Source: Octopus sinensis
Lineage: Eukaryota
DNA length: 64,000 nucleotides
Direction: 5' to 3'
NCBI RefSeq assembly: GCF_006345805.1
Contig: NC_043015.1
Location: 1,922,001 to 1,986,000 of the forward strand
Positions 54,962 to 64,000 of this stretch are shown one piece after another. Every line of letters begins with the position of its first letter. The stretch's first letter is position 1. Made by a program: the position numbers and the translations under genes. The notes beneath the pieces were generated by a model, which ran no database searches, had not been told where the DNA came from, and saw only the letters and a list, made by a program, of their open reading frames with translations.

Positions 54962-56680
54962 TGTAGTTTCAGCTCAGAGCTGCGGCCATGCTGATGCACC
55001 ACAGTTTTCCTACACTGTTATTACTGAGAACCTCCTCCAATATGTGGCACTTGGTGAAGAATGGAATTTCATGCAGCTACTCTCATTTGCTGTGAGATAG
55101 GTTCATCCGGGACTCTCGACAGAAAGACGTCGGCCTTGATTTAAAAACGCATACATCTACTTTGTGCAGTTCCTCCTTCTCTTTGGGAGAATATTAAAAA
55201 GCTGTGGGACCCTGAAACCCAGGCTGTTGCAGTAACTGGTCCTGAAGCGCGATTGTATTGCTGGGATCTTTGGCACTATGCAGGTATCGACCCGTTCTGG
55301 AATTGGTATAGCTTTCGATGACAAAATTAGGCACAATTCCTTCCAGGATCTTCCAGATATATATTACTACATACCTCTCCCGCATACTTAGCTGTTGCAG
55401 CCTTTCCCATTCGCTGAGCGGTTGCAAAGAGAAGATCTTTTTTGTGAATCTTCGCTGGATTGCTTCAAGCTCCGCTGTTAATTTTACACTGATGGGTGAC
55501 CATAGCTGGTCCTCCAGAGGACCATTATGGTTTCCTTATCTCTGGTTCTGAATGTTCTCAGGATCCATCCAGCCAGTCGTCTGCACTTTGTCGCAATCCT
55601 GGTAATGTGCACATGGAAAGAGGTATCATCACTCATGTCGATAACCAGGTCCCTCACTGATTTAGGCTCTGGGATTGAATTTCGCTGTGGACCAGTGTAC
55701 CATGTAAGTTTGTTACTCAGTTTAGGACGCTGGTAGTGCAGGGCTTGGAATCTTTCGACATTAAAATGCATATTTTTATACTCAGCCTATCTGTAAATTG
55801 AGTCCAATTCCTGCTGCAGATGTGCAACATCGCTGGTGTTCTATATTTTCTGCGAGATTTTCACATCATCTGCGTAGCTAGCAAGAGTGGCTATCTGGGC
55901 AGTTGAGAGCCTATCTGAGATGGCCACTGTGAAAACCATTGTTACCAAGATAGTGCGCTGTGGAATACCGCTCGCTATTTGTGTTTTCTTTGAGGTGGCT
56001 CCATTGGCCAGTACTGCCTGACTTCTATCTTTCAGAAAGTCATCTAACCACTCCCGAAGTTTTCCAGCTCTGTCGAGATCACGCACTTTGTGGCATATCA
56101 TACCATGGTCCACTTTGTCAAAAGCTTTTGCAAAATCAAGGTATATTACGTCCACATTTAAGTTGTCGAGTAACTGCCTCAATACTCAGTCCTAATGTTG
56201 TAACAGTTGAGTCAGGCAGCTGCCAGCTGGTCGAAAGCCATGATAGGAATCATTCAAGGTTATTTTCCTCAAGGAATGCGTTTAGTTTCTCGCTGACTTT
56301 CCTTCCATGGCTTTGCTGATGTCTGAAGTCAGATAGATAGGCCTATACTTTTGGGCATCTGCTCTGCTTCCCTCTTTATGGATTGGGCATATTATTCCTT
56401 CCTTCAGCTTGGTTGGCAGTCTGCCATTTGCAAGAAAGCTCTGGAATGGAATCTGGAAGGGTTTTGCTAGGGCACGCTTACACGATTTGAGGACTGCTGG
56501 GAAACCATCAGGACCAGAAGTTGAGTTTACCTCCACCTCATCTATGGCTAGTAGTATATCTTCTTTGCTAATGTCGATGTATTCCATCGTAACAGCATCG
56601 CTGGTTATAGTTGAGACGACAAAGAGGTCATCTGGTTCGTTCACTTGTCTCTGTTCCATCAACTACTCTGCTTATGTATT
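54962..56680 (-). mobile_element. 5'-truncated decayed CR1-group LINE (RT, C-terminus and 3' end)
   Basis: STSGPDGFPAVLK, KYRPI.LTS, DVIYLDFAKAFDKVDHG, SGIPQRTIL, SYADDVKI (55865-55882), VRDLVIDMSDD, GWILRTF, LEAIQRRFTK, VPDEP. Multiple frameshifts. Confidence 0.92.
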
Positions 56681-56929
56681 CATGCACAGTTTTCAACGCC
56701 GTGTATGCCATAATTTCTTCAGTTCTAATGGAGGCCTCAAAAGACATTTTTAAATCCGCAAAGATCAGAACTTAACTGCAGCTCTTGGTGGTACAAATCA
56801 AATATGAAATCTATGTGGGTGTCTTTTCAATACATTGTCTGGTTTAAAAAGTCCCAAACAAATGCCATAATGGATCTAAGGTGTAGCTAGAAGAGGTGGT
56901 CAAACGCTGCACAAGAAGTAGGAAACCAC

Positions 56930-56963
<34 letters not shown>

Positions 56964-56969
56964 TATATA

Positions 56970-57023
<54 letters not shown>

Positions 57024-58775
57024 CTTTAAACAGATATTTTACAATGAGGGTTACCGTATTTCCGAAGTCGGTTTCAGATGCCGGTCAACTACAAAGGCCT
57101 TTCCCGAGCTTACAATAAGTTGTTAGGCTCTGGTAACATTTCTCGTTGGATAAATCCGAATGACCAGTTCAGGGCTATATATTTTCCGTAAAGTAAGTAA
57201 TAGTATTAATAATGATAAATAAAAGGGAAACGTTTCACACCCATAGTTTTATTTAACAATTATTTACTGCAACTTTACAGAACCTAGACGTGTTTCATCT
57301 GTAAATAATTGTGAAAAAAATTATGGATGTGAAAAATGTCCGTTCCACTTGTTATTAATATTATATATGCGGGTGTGTGTGTGCGTAACACGCTCTCACG
57401 TATGTTTGTGTGTGTGTACGTGCGTGTGTGTGTATTTGCGTGTGTGTATGTGTGAGTGTGTGTGTGAGTGTATGTTGGACGAAGGTAATTCTTATGTATT
57501 TACCGAAACTGGAAGCCTTGACCCGAAAGGATATACACTTTATGAAATTCCTGATACACTAGATTACTATTCCCATCCTTGACATGATAACAAACTACAC
57601 GCGAATAGCGAATACAGAAAACTCATGTATCATTTTACCAATAGGATTACACCGCTCATCATCCACACCTCGAAAACACCAAGGGATTTTTGAAAAGAAA
57701 TGATTAATTCGGAAGCCAATGAAAAAGAAACGAAACAAACACATTTCTCACATTGCTAAATTCCAGCTGGAGATCTACGAACATAAAATGCTTCTGAAAT
57801 GTGTCTCACAGGGAACCTTCACAATATATAACGTTCCGCCAATCTCTAAAGTTAAAAGGAATTCTGTTATTTTTGCACTAGCTGAATAACCTGTCGTTGC
57901 CAGCATTTTTCATATTACAGAATGTCTTTTGTTAGAGCATGCCTTCAGATTTGTGCAAATTTTCGCAAAAAAAAAAAAAAAATCTTTGTTGAGGATGTCT
58001 TTTACGTTTTAGATTATTTACATATCTGTTCGAACGTATCAGATGAATTTGTTCATTAAAACTTATTAAAACTTCAGAATTTCTTTCAACTTTGGTCATC
58101 GTAATGCTTTGATTTCGTTTGCCTAAAAAGAATTCATCCTCGTAATGATTCTGCTTTCATTTTGTGATAGAGAGCGATCATGCAGAAAATGTCAGCTTCC
58201 AAATCCTGTTTTCTAACTAAGCAAAATTGATTAAGCTTTAAACCGCAGTAAATTTTTTCTGCAATTTTTCAAAAACAACAATTTTCTAAACATTTTCTAA
58301 AACAATTTTTCTAAAATAACGAAATCGGATTTCACGTGGAAAATTATTTCAATATAACTAATTTGAAAATTTTGACGTAATCTTAAAATTTCCCAATGTG
58401 TGACAGCAACAATGAAGACCTCCAAAAGTAAGGACACAGACAGTTATAAGACCTCTCTCTCTCTCTCTCTGTCTCTCACGCACACACATATACATACCTA
58501 CTCACAAATACACACATTTACAAACGTACATGCAGGTAATCACAAGTTGAAAATGGTGTATATTAGTTATATATATGTACGTATATACATATGTATGTGT
58601 GTACAGACCCACATACCCCTCCCTCTTTAAAGCGGTCTTCCTTCGGCTTCAGTCAAATTTAGTGAATATATGCTAAAACTATCTTAATACTACATAAATA
58701 CTAATATCTATATATCTATCTAGTGGCGGAAGCCTGAACTATAACGTGCTTGTCCGACAGAGAACGTTTCCAGAT

Positions 58776-59090
58776 ATACACTATTTACATTCGACCGATA
58801 TTTGCCCTCATGTTTGTTGTTAATACAACGTTTCTGCTGATATACCCTACGTCAGGAGTCTTCATCAGGTGAATTCGGGAAATTCCGAACCTGGGTTCTC
58901 ATTCCTAATGTATAACTTTGAAAAGTACCTTAGGAATGAGAACCCAGGTTTGAAATTTCCACAAAACAGCTGATGAATGCTGGAGAATATATCAGCCGAA
59001 AATTGTGTTAACAACAATAACGATGAGGACAAATATCCGTCAAATGCAAATAATGTACGTAATTCCTAATCTTTTAAATATAGATCTGTT
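58776..59090. mobile_element. Palindromic Penelope-like-derived element with two opposed hammerhead-like motifs
   Basis: Arms 58776-58913 and 58927-59060 are reverse complements (core GAACCTGGGTTCTCATTCCTAA / TTAGGAATGAGAACCCAGGTT). CTGATGA..GAAA on plus at 58970-59001 and on minus at 58868-58827. Confidence 0.8.
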
Positions 59091-59837
59091 TCCGGTTATG
59101 TTAGGTACCTCGCCGTATGTGTGTGTGTGTGTGTGTGTGTGTATGCGTGTGTATGCGTGTGTATGTATTAATATATTTATATATGTATATGTAGATCCCT
59201 GTGTATATATAGGTGTGTCCGTGTGTGTGTGTATGACGGTCTGATTCTTTTTGTTGTCACCGAATTTCAAGCCCCGTAATAAGTAGCTATTGTCAGTTTG
59301 TTACTGCGCGAGCACATCCGTTAGTCACTTGTCATTTGAACGTAGTTCTATGAAAATACGTGACGAGTGGGTTTCCTTTTCAGTGCTTGGTTCATCCTGA
59401 AAATGGAGGAGACGAATGGAAATTATGGACTGTGTAGTTAGAGTAATTGGTGTGGCTTGTGTGAGAAATGGTGACGTTACCTCCAAATTTCTGCAGTATG
59501 TATCCTTGGGATTTCTGTCTTTTTTGGTCTCCTATATGTTTATATTATGGACAGACCTCTAAAAGATATAGACGATAAAAAAAATAACGTATGAGAATTC
59601 TTCACCAGTAGAGACCGACACTTCTTTGAGCAAGGAATAGTGTCTCTGAAAACATGGCGACAGTGGATAGTAGAATGAAACGCTAATTATAATCATGGGG
59701 GAATAAATCGACCTGAGTTTGAAATATGTTTTTTATAGCTTAAATAACCGCACAGAAATTTTAACCTACCCAATATATGTATATATACACGCATATATAT
59801 ATATATATTATATATATATATATATATATTATAATAT

Positions 59838-59880
<43 letters not shown>

Positions 59881-60689
59881 TATATATATATACTCTCAAA
59901 CACACATATATGTATACGCAAATATGTATATTGGTATAACACCTAAATATGCATACATTTATGTATTCAAAAATTTACGCATGTTAATACCATATGCTAC
60001 ATATATATGCATATGATCTATCTATCTACTTCTGTCTACCTGCCTCTCTCTCTATATATATATAAATATAATATAAACGTATATATATATAATATATATA
60101 TATATGTATGTATATGTGTATATGTATGCATGTATATGTATATATAATATAATATAATATATATATAATTATCTATATATATATATATATATATATAATA
60201 TAATATATATATATATAATTGCCTAGAATATATCGGAGCATAACATAGAGCACAATTTATTAATGCTATTAACAAGAAGGACAACTTAGAGAAAAAAATA
60301 ACAGATGTAAAACCTGGAAAGTGATGATAACGATTCTAAAAACATACCAGGAAATATAATGGAGAATAAAACAACATCCAGCCAAAGAAAAAAAAATCAT
60401 TGTCTTCAAAAGACCAGGTAATTAAGGAGAAAGCTTAAAGCATAGACAGAAAGTAAACGTGAAGGCTGATTGGCTGCAAGTTATAATGGTTCATTTTTTT
60501 TTGTATTTTTTTGTCTTGTTACGCCATAAAAAAAAAAGATAGAGATGGGCTCCCCGTCAGGAGCCCTGATAAATGAAGCGAGTGACTTTAATAGCATGAT
60601 GTCAGATCGATAGAGGCAACATTAGATATACACTATGCTCTTCTAGATAACTACTAGTTAGAACGATATCATGTGTTTGCTAGCGACTA

Positions 60690-61390
<701 letters not shown>

Positions 61391-61755
61391 TTAATCAAAT
61401 GTGAACATATACACAGCCCTTGTATTTTATTTTTTACCCAATCTAGCTACGCGTCTCTCTGTGTGCTTGTGTGCGTGAGCATGCATACATTATATACAAA
61501 AAGCTAATACTGAGCATCCATCCAAATAATATTGATATGAAACTATGAACCAGCCAATCATAGGAGCAAACATTCAATAATTCTACCAATAAATTGGACA
61601 ACATTCTATCCACTAGGTCAATCCTATGTATAGAAATAAAATCCAGTGGACATCTTATTTTCGGCTTAGATGTAACTAACCAAAATAAAATGAATACATA
61701 AAAATATACATACGTACGTACCTGCATACATACATACATACATACATAAAATATA

Positions 61756-61987
61756 TTTCTTTACTACCCCACCAGGGGCTAAACATAGAGGGGACAAAGA
61801 AGGACAGACAAAGGGATTAAGTCGATTACATCGATCATAGTGCGTAACTGGTACTTAATTTATTGACCCCGAAAGGATGAATGGCAAAGTCGACCTCGCC
61901 CGAATTTGAACTCGGAACGTAACGACAGACGAAATACGGCTAAGCATTTTGCTCGGCGTGCTAACGTTTCTGCCAGCTCACCGCCTT
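61756..61987 (-). mobile_element. Full-length SINE family A
   Basis: Colinear with 34414-34646; possible ACATAAA TSD. Confidence 0.92.
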
Positions 61988-62024
61988 ACATAAATACATA
62001 CAAACATTCATACGTGCGTATATG

Positions 62025-62390
62025 TTAGGTCATCGCATAATTAGTGCAGTTTTTTCATACTTCTTTTATTTTTCAAAATCAAAAGATCTTTTTATAGTCT
62101 AAAATATACTCTCCTTCATTTCTACAAAGCTCTTCCCTTTATCTCGCAGATTTGCAAGACCCCTCTTTAAAATGTTACTTGTCCCTGACGAAAAGTAATC
62201 CTCCAATATGGTTCTGACCTTGTTTAGGGAATTCATATTCTTCACGTCCAAATGATTATGAAGACTGTAGAATATATGATAATCAGATTGGGAAATGTCC
62301 GACGAATATGTTCGGTGATGCATCGTTTCCAACTCAAACAGCTCCAGCCTTTGGAATGTCATCCTCGTTCTACGTGGCTGAGCAGTGTCC
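62025..62390 (-). mobile_element. 3' fragment of a mariner-type transposon (transposase C-terminus and putative TIR)
   Basis: ORF 62099-62362, ETMHHRTYSSDISQSDYHIFYSLHNHLD, matches the mariner HPPYSPDLAPSDYHLF..L motif. TTAGGTCATCGCATAA is TIR-like and lies next to TA. Confidence 0.8.
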
Positions 62391-62526
62391 TAATGGAAAA
62401 ACTTCTTTTTTTGAAACATAAGAAAGTCGATCAGTTACAATGGGATATCTATATATAGTGTGAAAGAGAGAGATAAAGAGAGAGAGAGAGAGATAGAGAG
62501 AGATGGAGAGAGAGAGAGAGAGAGAA

Positions 62527-63880
62527 GTTGGACAAAATAATGGAAACAACTAGTGTCATAATTTTGAAATATCTACAAAACGGTCAAATTTACACATTTC
62601 TGCGTACGTCTATATAGGCATGAATATGTATGTATGTATGAATGTATGTATGTAAGCGTGTATGTATGTATTTAAGAAGGTATGCATATACATATTAATG
62701 CTTGTATTAATGATGATGGTGGACGATAATGACTCTTGTTATGTTTTTGGATTTATTAAGTGTTGCTTAACATGTTTTTGCTAAAATTGCTGTTTCTTTT
62801 CTGATATCATTAGAAAAATGTAATTAAAATTCATTAAAATACAGATCTATCAGACTTCCCAAGAGGTCAAATCCTTGGTGATCGTATGGCAAGCTCTAGC
62901 ACAACGAAAACAGCCGAAATGTTTGGTGTGTCAAGAAGTACTGTCTCGAAAGTAACGGCAGCCTTTGAGAAAGAGGGAAAACTTCGAAACAAAACACCAG
63001 AAGAAAATCAAACTTTCAGATAGTGATTGCCGGACTCTTACGTGAGTTGTTAGAAAGGATCACAAATATACATTTCCCAAAATTACTGCAGAGCTTAATG
63101 ACCACCTCGAATACCAAGTTTTGAAAAAACCTGTTTATCGGGAGCTGCATAAAGCCAGATTTCACGGCAGGGCTGCAACCAGAAAACCACTACTTTCAAA
63201 AACAAACAGAATTGGGCAATGGAAGAATGTTATTTTCTCAGATGAATCATACTGTATCTTATTTCTGACCACCGGCCAACTATACCTGTGGAGACAGCAA
63301 AAAGAAGCATTTGACTGCCTTCTTCCAGAGTGCCTTCTTCCAAACATAGCGTAAGATCAATGATGATCTGGGGGGCGATATCTTGGAATCCGCCGGCCCA
63401 ATGGTTGTCCTTCATAGTAGAATTAATAGTCGAGAGTTTTTAAGCATTTTATCTGATAATTTTCATTCTTTGGATGCGGAATTGTTTCCAGAGGCAAACG
63501 CAATCTTTCAGGATGATAATACAACAATTCACAAAACTAAAGTTGTTACTGAATGGCACGCGGAACATTCTAGTGAAGTTGAACATCTTATCGGGCACCT
63601 ACAGTCCCCAAATCTCAATATTATTGAACATTTATGGTGGATTTAAAAACAGGAAAAGAAAAAAAAAAGTGAGGAGTCATTATCGTCCACCATCATCACT
63701 ACAAGAACTAAAGACTGTTTTAGCTGAAGAATAGACAACTTTCCTTTGGAAACCATTCAGTCTTTGAACGAGTCCATACATCGTAGAATTCAAGCTGTAT
63801 TCAATGCGGTTCTATTTCATATTAAAATATATACGTTTGAAATTTTAAGGTCGCCTTCATTATTTTGTCCGACTCCTGTA
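62527..63880 (+). mobile_element. Decayed Tc1-family DNA transposon (DD34E type)
   Basis: TIRs GTTGGACAAAATAATGG (62527) and TCATTATTTTGTCCGACTCCTG plus TA (63857-63880). Transposase pieces RGQILG..MA, TAEMFGVSRSTVSKV, RKPLLSK, NVIFSDES, FQDDNT, SPNLNIIEHLW; frameshifted. Confidence 0.92.
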
Positions 63881-63913
63881 TATATATACTTACATACCTA
63901 CATGTATATATGT

Positions 63914-64000
63914 GGAGGCGCAATGGCCCAGAGGTTAGGGCAGCGGACTCGCGGTCATAGGATCGCGGTTTCGATTCCCAGACCGGGCGTTGTGAGTGTT
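63914..64000 (+). mobile_element. SINE family D head, cut by the window end
   Basis: Near-identical to the head at 45289. Confidence 0.92.

Noticed and set aside
59372-59490. Acceptor/donor-bounded segment on the plus strand
   Set aside because: Stop codons in all three frames.

Overview
AT-rich eukaryotic, non-coding-looking DNA (intronic or intergenic). The SINE families and extreme microsatellite load resemble coleoid cephalopod (Octopus-like) genomes; this is an inference, not verified. No host gene can be firmly called. Nearly all ORFs in the track are translations of (TA)n, (CA)n, (TTC)n, (AAT)n, (GAT)n or (TATC)n microsatellites. Real coding homology is confined to transposon relics: R4/Dong-type LINE pieces (RT and CCHC/RLE), a young 5'-truncated RTE-clade LINE with a 10-bp TSD, a decayed Tx1/L1 LINE, a decayed CR1-group LINE, a Tc1 element and a mariner fragment. 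The window also holds a non-autonomous Helitron, a long-TIR foldback family and at least four tRNA-derived SINE families, several with TSDs. Three observations stand out. (1) Several non-coding palindromic or microsatellite-associated elements carry minimal type-I hammerhead-ribozyme-like cores of the Penelope-like kind, one at the apex of a ~160-bp hairpin and one pair head-to-head; all copies look partly decayed. (2) A covarying 3' stem-loop is shared by the CR1-group LINE and a SINE. (3) SINE heads appear with swapped tails. A few splice-signal-based exon candidates are listed at low confidence.
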